In this document: piece by piece, positions 48,800 to 61,351 of the stretch
How positions within the stretch are numbered: the first letter of the stretch is position 1
How the letters are laid out: each line of letters opens with the position of its first letter
Source: Somniosus microcephalus
Lineage: Eukaryota
DNA: 64,000 nt
Direction of reading: 5' to 3'
NCBI GenBank assembly: GCA_052327205.1
Contig: CM126222.1
Location: forward strand, 53,506,001 to 53,570,000
Position numbers and translations under genes: made by a program
The notes under the pieces: generated by a model
What the model was told of the DNA's origin: nothing
Seen by the model: the letters and a program-made list of their open reading frames with translations, nothing else
Database searches by the model: none

Positions 48800-48993
48800 A
48801 GGTCCTGCATCAAAGAATGGATCTATGTGGAGGAAAGGGCCACCCAGCAATAAATAGTGGGATTTTCCTGGAGACCCCCCCCCCACCCCCCGACGTGAAT
48901 TGCCCCTTTCAAATGGGCGCTGAATGTCTGGAGTGTTTTTCGGGTTCTCCAGGCACATTATGGGGCTTTCCACTCATTTGTATTAAATTTGAG

Positions 48994-49682
48994 GGCCTAG
49001 AAATTCAGTTGGCGCCGCGCCAGGGCTTTAGCGCCGGAAAGTTAGCGCCGGCGCTAAGTCCCCCTGCGCGCGCCAAAAATTCAGTAGCGCCGCGCCCAAA
49101 CGGCTGCCGGCGCTACTGAAGGGTGTTTGCGCCTGAAAACTGGCGCTACGCGCCGCATTGCGGCGCTATGGCGCCCGATGCGGTGCGGCAGGCTCGGGAA
49201 GTGCAGGCCTCCTCCTTCAGTTAAGGAGGAGCTGCCTGCACCCGCCCGCTGGCCGGTAAAATCGCCACAAAAATGAGCCCGGCACCTCGGGGAAGTGCCG
49301 GGCTCGCAGCCGAGAAGCATCTGTTCCGCGGGGGGGGGGGTGGGGGAGTCCGGGGAGGGAGGTGCGGGCAGGCGGCCGGCGGGAAAGCGGCCGGCCGCCG
49401 CTCCACCTTTATGCGCCGGCGCAAAATCGTGTAAGACTCTGTTGCCAGAGTCTTAGTTGCGGCTGCCACGGGCGAGGCGGCCGCAACTGAATTTCGGCGC
49501 TGGGGCCCGTCGGCATGGCAACCGGGACGCTGCGCACACCGATGACATCATCGGTGCCGGCGCAGCGCTACCGGTCTACCGCCGATTCCAGGGCCCCAGG
49601 GAATTTTTAAACTGGCCATAACTCCGGCGCTAGGCCCTCCAGCGCCCCAAATGGGGCGCTAGGCCTACTGAATTTCTAGGCC
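48994..49682. mobile_element. Harbinger MITE with TIRs identical to the autonomous element
   Basis: GGCCTAGAAATTCAGT / ACTGAATTTCTAGGCC, TSD GAG, CpG-rich, many AGCGCC/GGCGCT motifs. Confidence 0.93.
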
Positions 49683-50169
49683 GAGGTCTTTATGAGTCTT
49701 GCTTACAATCCGTGTGCAGGCTTTAAGCACGTCTGGCCAACACAGTCATGTGGAGTGCGCATGGGGCACACAGTAGGCCTCAGGCCTCTGTGTAGAATAA
49801 CACAGGACTCCCCTGCCTGAAGCATGGTGCTTTCCATCGCATTAGACGCCCCTGTACATCATTTATGAGGTTATATACCAATGGTTTATATAGCAGAGTT
49901 GAATTTTGTGTAGTCCTCATTAACTTCACCAGCACATGCCTCACCTCACATCCTCAATTTATATACACAATTAATTTGCTGAAGGCTTGGTAGCAGTGCA
50001 GAAGCAAGAGTGTTGCAGCTGGAGTCAGAGCATGGTAAGTTAACAACCTTCAATACACAGATGTCTGTTGGACAGCCGTGTAGAAGGGCACCAAAGATTA
50101 ATGAGGAAGAAAGGACAAAGCAGTTGTGGGGAAACAGCACAATGTCACAGAGACCAAAGACAGGGAGGA

Positions 50170-50720
50170 GAAAATCAAGTCAATGAACATGTTGAATATT
50201 TAGGATTGGGCAAGACAAAAGATGGTGAATGTAGCATAGAGGTAAAAAAAGAGTTGGCGCGCCAAGGAGTGGAACAACTGAGCTGAGAGTCAGTTAGAAA
50301 GACTAATCGGTGAGTAATGCCACCAGGCGGCAATTGAAGAAGATGCTGGATTTGTTCATTTGCATGGATCCAAACCACAAACTTCAAAATAAACTGGCAT
50401 CAACTTTCTTTGGGGTCTCAAATGTAGAGTTAGAGATGGAGCTACTAAAGAAATTTGGTCTGAATTGAGGACACAGCATAAAAGAGTTGTGTGTGGAAAG
50501 ACTTATGAAGGAATGGGAAAAGTAAAACATGAATACTTTGATCAGGCAGAAGAAGAAAGTGATAATGAATTATTAAATATGTTGCTTAAAAGGTATGATG
50601 AAAGGGAAAAGAAGAATAGGTAATCCAAGGAGAAGATCGAGTGATAACATCAACAGTTGAAGAGGCGCAGGCTTGTCAACATCAAATAGGCTCAAGACGG
50701 TGATTTTGGAGAAGAAAGTT
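50170..50720 (+). mobile_element. Ancient RTE-like LINE 3' remnant
   Basis: EYLG..TKDGECSIEVKKELA resembles the RTE (F)xYLGSxIxxDGxCxxEIKRRIA motif. A later GNPRRR.SDNI-like remnant is present. Confidence 0.5.
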
Positions 50721-51251
50721 CCATAAAATGAGTATTGCAGTCCCCAAATTATTTAAGCACATTACATTAAAGATGAGAGAGAAACGTTGATAAAGAGGAA
50801 GTACAGATGACAGTCTTTTTCATGCTTTGTACACATCTCTTAAGAGACCTTGTGTGTCTATATACATTGATGAAAGCAAAGTCTTCCGAGTGCAGTTTTC
50901 TTCCTGATTATTATTGATCCTGCTACGTTCCTGCCACAATGCAAACTGAACAAACAAAATTATATGAACAAGGTTGGATTTATTGTTGTGTGTCGGGTAG
51001 GATGTAACTGTAAAAATGTGACCATCAAACCCTTTATTTTTCACTGCATTTTGCAATAAAATCCTTCACAGTGCATTGTGAAATGTCATAATAACTGGTT
51101 CTTGATAAAGGCAGGGGTACAGCACAGTTTAAATAAAATGAAACTCCACTATTTAGAACTGTCACAATGTCAGTTAACTTTCTTGAAATATAGTGTTATT
51201 ACTGTACATGAATTATTGTAATGTTACAAAAAGGTTATCCAAATTGGTTTA

Positions 51252-54200
51252 TGTTATGTCCGTGTATCTTAATGTTGTGTCCTTCAATAATCAGACAACA
51301 GACTGCAGGGAACGATTCAACAGGTGTTTACTGAATGAGGATTACTCTAGAACTAACTCTACAGATCACTACTCAGGGTTTATATACAGGTGTGGTCACT
51401 GCCGGTACTACAGTATACAGGAGCTGTAAAAAGTAGTTCTCTCCCTTAAGGTATATATACATTACATACATTACAATTCCTCCCCTTTTAGATTAACAGT
51501 ACCATAATACTCATTTTACAATTAACATTTTTAATATACAATGTTATATGAAAATAGTCCATTCATATATTCAGTCTCTGGGGAGGCTTCCTGATTCTTT
51601 CTGGATAATGCCTTTCCCGAGTGTCTCGCTCTTGGTGTGGAGGCGATTCTAGCATCCTGTCGTCAGTTGATTCATCAGCTTCCAATGCTATTGTTTCTGA
51701 GGTAGATGCGACCTGTACGTCGGGTTCCTCACCAGGTACGTATGGCCGAGACATGGGGTTGACTCGTTCCTGTGAGTCTAGGATCTGGTCAGCATGGCGT
51801 CTCACAATTTTCTCCCCAACATCCACTGTGTACTTTAGTGGCCCCTGCCGTGTGCATATCGTTCCTGGTTGCCATTTCTCTGTTCGGTAGTCGCGGGCCA
51901 AGACTGGTTGCCCTACATTGAAGCTCCTTGTCAGCTTCTCATTGATGTGCTGGAATTGCTTACTCTCAACATCTCTTCGTACATTTGGTCTGAGCAAATC
52001 CAGACGAGATCTCAACCTTCGGTTAAAGAACATCATGGCTGGGGCCTGGTTGGTGACTGCATGTGTCGCATTTCTGTAGGCTAACAGGAAATTGTCCACC
52101 TTATGCTGCAGTGGAATGTCGTCATCGCACATGGCCCTTACTGCTTTTTTAAAGGTTTGTACGAACCTCTCAGCCAATCCATTTGTGGCTGGATGATACG
52201 GGGCGGATGTGTAATGCCTTACCCCATTCCTTTTCATAAATCTTCGAAACTCTTCGGACGCAAACTGTGGTCCGTTATCAGAGCAAATCTGCTCTGGCAA
52301 GCCGTTCCTGGCAAAAATGGTCCGTAGGACTGCAATAGTTTTCTCCGTGGTGGTGGAGGACATTTTGATCACCTCAGGCCATTTCGAGTGCGCATCCACG
52401 GCTATTAAAAACATTGAGTCCATGAATGGACCAGCAAAATCAATAGGCACCCGTTGCCATGGAGATGAGGGCCACTCCCATGGGTGTAGAGGGGCATGTG
52501 GTGGTGCATTTTGGACCTTCTGGCATCCTGAGCAGCTCTTTGTCAGGTCCTCAATTTGCTGATCGATCCCCGGCCACCACACATAAGCCCTAGCAAGGCT
52601 TTTCATTTTCACCCCTCCCAGATGACCTTCGTGAAGCCCATTGAGCACTCTCTCCCTTAACTTGGGTGGAATTACCACTCAGGATCCACACATCAAGGTC
52701 CCCTGGCATACTGACAGCTGTTCTCTTCTGGATGAGAATGCTGGCAACAGTGAGTCGGCATGTGCTGGCCATCCCTTCACCATCAAATCATATACCCGAG
52801 ACAGTGTCGGGTCATTTCGGGTCTCCTCTATACCAGCGTTAGTTACTGGCAAGCATTCAATTATAGTCGAATGAAATATTTCGACAGGATCCACTGCTGG
52901 TGCTTCCTCCGCAGTAGGCAGTGGCAGGCATGATAGCCCATCAGCGTTTCCATGCTGTTTCGTGCCCTTATACTCGATTTCATATTGGTGCGCCCCTAGA
53001 AAAAAGGACCAACTTTGTAGCCGTTGCGCAGTCATCACCGGAACGCCCTTCTTTGGATTAAAGATGGAGACAAGTGGTTGGTGGTCAGTCAGCAAGGTGA
53101 ACTTCTGCCCGTGCAGATAGTGATTGAACTTTTTCACTCCCCACACTAGGCTGAGGGCCTCCCTGTCAATCTGGGCGTAGTTACGCTTGGCTGAGGTTAG
53201 TGACCGAGACGCCAAGGCTACTGGCCTCTCCGAGCCATCCGGGAATTTGTGCGACAGCACCGCTCCAATGCCATAGGGTGATGCATCACACACCAACTGA
53301 ATTGGTAGTGCAGGGTTGAAATGAGCCAACACCTCTTTTGATGTGATCAATTCTTTGCACTTCTGGAAAGCTCGTTTACATTCTTCATTCCACTTCCATG
53401 GTACCCCCGTTTGCAGTAGGGTGTTCAGTGGGTGTAGTACGGTAGACAAATTCGGCAAGAACTTATGGTAGTAGTTCACCAGCCCGAGGAACGACCTCAG
53501 TTGTGACACATTTTCCGGTGCTGGAGCCTTGACTACTGCCTCAATCTTTTCAGGGGACTTATGTAACACCTCTTCATCAATAACGTGGCCACAATACGAG
53601 ATCTGCTTCTGGAAAAACTCGCATTTGTGGCGATTAGCTCGGAGCCCATATTCCTTCAATCTAGTGAGCACCTGCTCCAGGTTGGCGAGGTGATCACTGT
53701 TATTTCCGCCCATGACCAGGATGTCGTCCAAATAACACTGGGTCCCTGGAATCCCTTGCAGGTCTTGTTCCATTGCCCTTTGCCAAATAGCCGGAGCTGA
53801 TGCTACCCCGAACACCAGCCGGTTATATTGGTAGAGACCTTTATGAGTGTTGATCGTGAGGTACTGTTTCAAGGCTTCTTCTACCTCCATTTGCAGGTAC
53901 GCCTGGGCCAGATCAATCTTAGTGAAGCGTTTCCCTCCAGATAGCGAGGCGAAAATATCTTCAATCCGCGGAAGCGGATATTGTACCGTGTGAAGGACTG
54001 GGTTCACTGTCACCTTAAAGTCCCCACAGATGCGAACCTTCTTTGGTTCCCCAGGCGTATTACTCAACGACCTCTTCATTACAGGAATGATGGGTGTAGC
54101 CCACTTGCTCCAGTCCACTTTGGACAGTACTCCTGAACGTTCCAAACCTTCCAGCTCTGCTTCGACGGCTGGGCGGATCGCATAAGGTGGCCTTAAAAAA

Positions 54201-56434
54201 CTTTGGGCTTGCATTTTCCTCTATTTTGATCGTCGCTGTTATGCCTTTTAGTGTTCCGAGTCCCTGCTGGAACACTTCTTGTGCGTCAGTTAGCATTTTT
54301 GACAGTTGTCCAGGTGTGACGTCGTCATCCTTTTTGGCATCTACAGTCAGTGCTTGTATGGAATGCCAATCTAGCTGTATCTTCCGGATCCATTCACGTC
54401 CTAGTAGTGGTGGTCCTCCATCTGGCAATACATATAGGTCCATTTTTGGTGTTTCCTTGCCGTTATATATAACGTTCGCCCTTATTTTTCCTTTGGGGTA
54501 GACTTTTTGCCCCGTGTACGTCTTCAAGACAATCTTTGTATCTCTCAAGGGTATATGTGAGAATAGCCGCTTGTAGTCCCTTCGGTTTATGACTGTTAGG
54601 GCTGATCCTGTGTCCAATTCCATTTTCACTTGGACTCCTGCTATCTTGAGCGTGACCCAGATAGTTTGGTGATCCTCCGTTTTGATCACATTATGTAGTT
54701 TCAGACAACCCAGCTCGTTGCTTCCGGAGTCTGCATCACTCTTCTGTTCGTCTGAACTACTCTCCGTCACCTCGTGTACCTTCTTGTACTTCTCCTGTGG
54801 AAATTTCTTGCTGCTGGTTTTCTTTCCCGACCTGCAGACTCTTGCTATGTGTCCTACTTTTCCACACTGTCTGCACACTTTGTCCTTGAACCAGCAATCA
54901 TTATGGTCGTGTGTTGTTCTGCCGCAGCGATAGCACTTCACTGTTCCGTGTGACATTTCATTTGTGCCATATTCTTGCGGTCTCCGTTGTATCTCTGCAG
55001 CGCCCCATGCTGCTGCTTCGTGTGATACTGCAATGCTGAAAGCCTTGTCCAGCGTAAGATCCTTTTCTGATAGAAGCCGTTTCTGGGTTCCTTCACTTTG
55101 AAGCCCACACACAAACTTGTCCCTTAAAGTATCTGCTAGTCCCGTTCCAAACTGGCAGTGTTTCGATAGCTTGCGCAGTTCCGTTAAATACTCAGCATTA
55201 CTTTCATCTTTATGCTGGTTCCTTTTGTGAAACTTAAATCTTTCTGCTATCAGCAGCGGTGTGGGGTTTAAATGGTCCTGTAGGATTGACACTATGTTTT
55301 CAAAATCCTTTTCTACTGGCTTCTCTGGGGTTACTAGGTTTTGTAGTAAGCCCTACGTTTTTGCACCCATTGAATTCAACAATACCAGCGCTTTCTTGTC
55401 ATCTGGCACTTCATTCGCCTTGCAGTATACTTCTATGCGTTTGACATATGTCATCCAATCTTCGACTTCATTGTCGAACGCTGTGATACTGCCACTCTTC
55501 GGCATTTTTGGGTGTGGTTAGACTGGCTTAAAATGGCGTCTCCCATGCTTTCCTTTCTTCCCCGCTGCGGCTTAAAATGGCGTCTCCCGTGCTGTCCTTT
55601 CTTCCCCGCTGCGGCTTAAAATGGCGTCTCCCGCGCTGCTGCCAACGCCGCTCTCGGCGGTCCTCGTGGCAAATGGCGACGCCCTGTGGGTTTCGTGCGC
55701 TGCTCCTGCGCTGCTGCCAATGCCGCTCTCTGCGGTCCTTGTGGCAATGGTAGCGCCTCGCGTTTTCCTGCGCGCCTCTCTCCCCCGTTGACGCTGCTCA
55801 GCCCTTGACCACCGGCTGCGCTCTGCTCTCTCTCACCTCTCTCCCCCGTTGACGCCGCTCGGTCCTGAACACCGGCTGCGTCCTGTGCGCTCTGCCCTCT
55901 CTCTCTCCCCCGTCGACGCTGCTCGGCCTTTTTCTGTGCCGCTCGGTCGGGCTCTAGCCTGCCGCCGTCCGGGAAGGGTCTGCGCAGTACCTGTTGCCAG
56001 CCCGTTTCGCTGGACCACCGTGACTGGAAAGCCAAGCCTGGCTCTCGACAGCCTCCCCTGCGATGCTCAAATCTCTGCTGGATGACTGGGCGGTTGCCCG
56101 TGGTCGACGCCGGTGCTTCTGGACTCGACCTCCTTCCACTGTTCTCCAGGAGTGAACCTCTGGGAGGTGATGCAGAGTTGCAGGTAGGTTCGAATCTGCG
56201 TCGTCGCCAATGTTATGTCCGTGTATCTTAATGTTGTGTCCTTCAATAATCAGACAACAGACTGCAGGGAACGATTCAACAGGTGTTTACTGAATGAGGG
56301 TTACTCTGGAACTAAATGTACAGATCACTACTCAGGGTTTATATACAGGTGTGGTCACTGCCGGTACTACAGTATACAGGAGCTGTAAAAAGTAGTTCTC
56401 TCCCTTAAGGTATATATACATTACATACATTACA
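51252..56434 (-). mobile_element. Complete Gypsy (Mag-like) LTR retrotransposon G3, same family as G2
   Basis: 224-bp LTRs at 51252-51475 and 56211-56434 (4 differences by eye). TSD GTTTA. PBS TGGCGACGAC ending at 56209 (- strand). PPT adjacent to 51475. Confidence 0.97.
51563..55505 (-). pseudogene. G3 gag-pol, disrupted
   Basis: ATG at 55505 (MPKSGSITAFDNE). ORF pieces 54060..55292, 52679..54214 and 51563..52678 carry Gag/PR, RT/RH and IN motifs, separated by frameshifts and a stop. Confidence 0.93.
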
Positions 56435-56915
56435 GTTTACTGTAAATAAAAGTCAATGTAGGAAACTTTACCTTCGCTGCAAACTCATCAGTGCACTTGT
56501 GCTCACATAGGAGGGTGAGGAAAGTGAATGGAAGTAGGAGAAGTTACTACACTGTATCCAGCGACAGCGTCAGCGTCACATGCTCACAGTAGTGGTATAG
56601 CCCAGGTATCATAGGTCTTCCCTACTTTAACCCATCAATATATCTCAGCTTCGAACTCAATCTCAACCTCATACGGTTGGCCATATTCACACAAAATGAT
56701 GATGTTCCTCAAATCCCACCCCACTTTTTCCAGTTCAACCTATTTCAGGGGCAGCTACTCACTTGCTCACTCATAGTGTAGGGTTTCCTAAATCCAGGCA
56801 ACAATACCTCAGGGTGAACATAAGAACATAAGAACATAAGAAGTAGGAGCAGGAGTAGGCCAGATGGCCCCTCGGGCCTGCTCCACCATTCAATAGGATC
56901 ATGGCTGATCCGAAT

Positions 56916-59900
56916 CTAGACTGACGTCCACTTCCCTGCCCGCTCCCCGTAACCCCTAATTCCCTTATCTGCTAGGAAACTGTCTATCTCCGTTTTAAAT
57001 TTATTTAATGTTGCAGCTTCCACAGCTCTCTGGGGTAGCAAATTCCATAGATTTACTACCCTCTGAGTGAAGAAGTTTCTCCTCATCTCAGTTTTGAAAG
57101 GGCAGCCCTTTATTCTAAGATTATGCCCCTTAGTTCTAGTCTCACCCATCAGTGGAAACATCCTCACCGCATCCACCCAATCAAGCCCCCTCACAATCTT
57201 ATATGTTTCGATAAGATTGCCTCTCATTCTTCTGAACTCCAATGAGTAGAGGCCCAACCTACTCAACCTTTCCTCATACGTCAACCCCCTCATCTCCGGA
57301 ATCAACCGAGTGAACCTTCTCTGAACCGCCTCGAGAGCAAGTATATCTTTTTTTAAATATGGAAACCAAAACTGCACGCAGTATTCCAGGTGTGGCCTCA
57401 CCAATGCCCTGTATAACTGCAGCAAGACTTCCCTGTTTTTATACTCCATCCCCCTTGCAATAAAAGCCAAGATTCCATTGGCCTTCCTGATCACCTGCTG
57501 CACCTGCATACTAACTTTTTGAGTTTCATGCACCAGGACCCCCAGATCCCTTTGTAATGTAGCACTTTGCAGTTTCTCTCCATTTAGATAATAACTTGCT
57601 CTTTGATTTTTTCTGCCAAAGTGCATAACCTCACACTTTCCAATATTATATTCCATCTGCCAAATCTCTGCCCACTCACTTAACCTGTCTATGACCTTTT
57701 GCAGGTTTTTAATGTCCTCCTCACTCACTGCTTTCCCTCCCATCTTTGTATCGTCGGCAAACTTGGATATGTTGCACTTGGTCCCTTCCTCCAAATCGTT
57801 AATATAGATTGTAAAGAGTTGGGGTCCCAGCACTGACCGCTGCGGAACACCACTAGTTACTGATTGCCAGCCCGAGAACGAACCATTTATCCCAACTCTT
57901 TGTTTTCTGTTAGATCGCCAATCTTCCACCCATGCCAGTATATTACCCCCAATCCCATGATTTTTTTATCTTGATCAGTAATCTTTTGTGTGGAACCTTG
58001 TCAAATGCCTTTTGGAAGTCCAAATACACTACATCCACTGGTTCCCCTTTATCCACCCTGTATGTTACGTCCTCAAAGAATTCGAGCAAATTTGTCAAAC
58101 ATGACATCCCCTTCATAAAACCATGCTGACTCTGTCCTATTAAATTATGTTTATCCAAATGCTCTGTTATTGTTTCCTTAATAATGGACTCCAACATTTT
58201 GCCAACCACAGATGTTAGGCTAACTGGTCTATAGTTTCCAGCTTTTTGTCTACTTCCCTTCTTAAATAAGGGCGTTACATTAGCAGTTTTCCAATCTGCC
58301 GGGACCTTTCCTGAGTCCAGGGAGTTTTGGAAAATAATCACCAATGCATCCACAATCCCTACCGCCACTTCTCTCAAGACCCTAGGATGTAGGCCATCAG
58401 GTCCGGGGGATTTATCCGCCTTAAGTCCCATTTTTTTACCGAGTACCATCTCCTTAGTGATTTTAATCGTGTTTAACTCCTCCGCCGCCGCCCCGCCCCC
58501 CCCCCCCCCCGCCATTGCCCCCTGTTTGTCCAGTGTTGGGATATTTTTAGTGTCCTCTACTGTAAAGACTGATACAAAATATTTGTTCAGTGTCTTTGCC
58601 ATCTCCATGTTCCCCACCACTAGTTTCCCGGTCTCATCCTCTAAGGGACCAACATTCACTTTAGCCACCCTTTTTCTTTTTATATAGCTGTAGAAACTCT
58701 TGCTATCTGTTTTTATATTTTTTGCTAGTTTACTTTCATAATCTATCTTCCCTTTCTTAATTAATCTTTTAGTTATTGTTTGCTGGCTTTTAAATGCTTC
58801 CCAATCTTCTATCCTCCCACTAGATTTGGTTACTTTATATGCCCTTGTTTTCAGTCGGATACTATCCTTTATTACTTTACTAAGCCACGGATGGCTGTCT
58901 TTTCTCTTACTCCCCTTTTTCCTCAGTGGAATATATTTCTCTTGAAAGATGTGAAATATCTCCTTGAATGTAGACCACTGCTCTTGTACCGTCTTACACT
59001 TTAATCTGTTTTCCCAGTCCACTTTAGTCAATTCTACTCTCATACCTTCATAGTCTCCTTTATTTAAGCTCAGTTCGCTGGTTTGAGATCCAACTCTCTC
59101 ACCCTCAAACTGAATTTGGAATTCAACCATATTATGAGCACTCATTCCAAGGGGATCCTTTACTAGGACATTTTTTATTAATCCTGTCTCATTACACAGG
59201 ACCAGATCTAAGATTGCCTGCCCCTGGTTGGTTCAGTTACATACTTCTCAAGGAACCTGTCCCTAATACACTCTATGAACTCTTCCTCAAGGCTGCCATG
59301 CCCAATTTGATTAGTCCAGTCAATATGAAAGTTAAAATCCCCCATGATTATAGCTGTTCCCAACTATTTCCTGATTTATACTCCGACCAACAGAGTTGCA
59401 ACTGTTAGGAGGCCTATAGACTACGCCCACTAGTGACTTTTTCCCCTTATTATTCCTTATCTCCACCCAAACTGTTTCACTATCCTGATCCTTTGACCCA
59501 ATATCATTTCTGACTATTGCAGTGATTCCATCCTTGATTAACATAGCAACCCCACCTCCCTTTCCTTCCTGTCTGTCCTTCCTAATTGTCAAATACCCTT
59601 GTATGTTTAGTTCCCAGTCATGATCATCTTGCAGCCATGTTTCTGTAATGGCCACCAGATCATACCCATGTGTAGTTATTTGTACCGTCAACTCGTCTAT
59701 TTTGTTACGAATGCAGCGTGCATTCAGATAAAGAACTTTCAAATATGTTTTCTGACAATTTATTCCTGCTTTTACCCCTTTTACTACTTTACCTTTATCA
59801 TTATACATTCTGTCCCTTCCTGACACGCTCTGGTTTTTAATTCCCCCACTGCTACCTTGCTCTATTGCCTTCTCCGCTGTCATTTTTATTTTTCGCTCTC

Positions 59901-59919
59901 TTAAAACCTCCCCCCCCAC
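56916..59919 (-). pseudogene. CR1 ORF2 (AP endonuclease + RT), frameshifted
   Basis: YLNAR, AITETWL, GGGVA and VVYRPP (APE); YLDFQKAFD, GVPQ.SVLGP and FADD (RT). Split into ORFs 59332..59919, 57943..59145 and 56916..57929. Confidence 0.93.
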
Positions 59920-59922
59920 TAA

Positions 59923-60864
59923 TTAGTTTAAAGCCCTCTCTACAGCCCTGGTTATTCGATTCGCCAGGATTCTAGTCCCAGCACTGGCCAAGTGAAGTCC
60001 GTCCCAACGGAACAGCTCTCTCCTGTCCCAGTACTGATGCCAGTGTCCCAAGAAGCAAAACCCATTTCTCCCACACCAGTCTTTGAGCCACGCATTTAAC
60101 TCTCTAATTTTATTTACCCTAGCCAAATTTGCACGTGGCTCAGGTAGTATGCCAGAGATTATTACCCTTGTGGTTCTGCTTTTTAATTTGGCCCCTAGCT
60201 GCTCAAACTCCCTCAGCAGAACCTCTTTCCTTGTCCTATCTATGTCGTTGGTACCAACATGGACCACGACAACTGGATCCTCCCCCTCCCACTCCAAGTT
60301 TCTCTCCAGCCCAGAGGAGATGTCCTTAACCCTGGCACCGGGCAGGCCACACAGCCTTCGGCTGCAAAGAACCCTATCTATCCCCCTAACGATACTATCC
60401 CCTACCACTACAACATTTCTTTTAACTCCCCCCACTTGAATGGCCCCCCGCTCTACGGTGCTGTGGCCAGGTTGCTCATCCTCCCCGCAGTCCCCGCTCC
60501 CATCCTCACAGGGCATAAGAGCCTCAAACCTGTTGGACAAGAGCAAGGGCTGCGGCTCCTCCAACACTACCTCCTGGATCCCCGTACCTGCCTCACTTCT
60601 AGTCACACCATCCTGTCCCTGGCCACGGACTACATCTGAATTAATGAATCTAATTGGTGTGACTACCTCCTGAAACACAGAGTCCAGGTAACTCTCCCCC
60701 TCCCTGATGTGTCTCAGTGTTTGAAGCTCGGACTCCAGCTCTTCAACACGGAGCCGGAATTCCTCGAGCAGCCAACACTTACTGCAAATGTGATCACCGT
60801 GTGCATCAATGGTGTCCACCAGCTCCCACATATTGCAGCAGCAACACATCACCTGCTCTCCCAT
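59923..60864 (-). CDS. CR1 ORF1p: zinc finger/leucine zipper plus SGNH esterase
   Basis: N-terminal C..C...HICSKC, then a coiled coil (LEEFRLRVEELESELQTL). Esterase blocks GDS, PGA, HVGTND and DGLHL. Confidence 0.92.
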   Translation of the reverse strand: MGEQVMCCCCNMWELVDTIDAHGDHICSKCWLLEEFRLRVEELESELQTLRHIREGESYLDSVFQEVVTPIRFINSDVVRGQGQDGVTRSEAGTGIQEVVLEEPQPLLLSNRFEALMPCEDGSGDCGEDEQPGHSTVERGAIQVGGVKRNVVVVGDSIVRGIDRVLCSRRLCGLPGARVKDISSGLERNLEWEGEDPVVVVHVGTNDIDRTRKEVLLREFEQLGAKLKSRTTRVIISGILPEPRANLARVNKIRELNAWLKDWCGRNGFCFLGHWHQYWDRRELFRWDGLHLASAGTRILANRITRAVERALN

Positions 60865-61084
60865 TCTATGTAATTAATTAAATTTATTAATATTATTTTT
60901 AAATGCCCTCTGCCCCGATTCTAGATGATGAATATCACACCTTAGAAACTATAAACCACAGAGTTTAAGTTTAAAAAGAGAGAAATACTCACCAACCAAT
61001 CACTTACCTGCTTTCTGGTGATGTCACACTTCGATTATTTTTTACCTCTCTCCTTCCCTCTGAGTTCCGAGTTCGGAGACTGGT

Positions 61085-61351
61085 AGGCCTTACCTGGTCT
61101 CTGGAGCCTTTTATAGCCCCGCTGCTGCCGCTGAAATTCCCGCCAACGCTCTGAGGCCTTACCTGGTCTCTGGAGCCTTTTATAGCCCCGCTGCTGCCGC
61201 TGAAATTCCCGCCAACGCTCTGAGGCCTTACCTGGTCTCTGGAGCCTTTTATAGCCCCGCTGCTGCCGCTGAAATTCCCGCCAACGCTCTGAGGCCTTAC
61301 CTGGTCTCTGGAGCCTTTTATAGCCCCGCTGCTGCCGCTGAATTCCCGCCG
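61085..61351 (-). promoter_or_regulatory. 69-bp tandem monomer array (about 3.9 copies) at the CR1 5' end
   Basis: Units start at 61085, 61154, 61223 and 61292. Each has GGCTATAAAAGG and CAG|GTAAGG on the - strand. Confidence 0.8.

Larger units (their letters stand above)
56817..61351 (-). mobile_element. Near full-length CR1 LINE
   Basis: 5' tandem monomers, ORF1, ORF2 (APE+RT), 3' hairpin and (CTTATGTT)n tail at 56817-56840. Confidence 0.96.

Noticed and set aside
58480-58512. Functional poly-Gly insert or G-quadruplex in CR1 ORF2
   Set aside because: Most simply a homopolymer expansion in an already frameshifted ORF.
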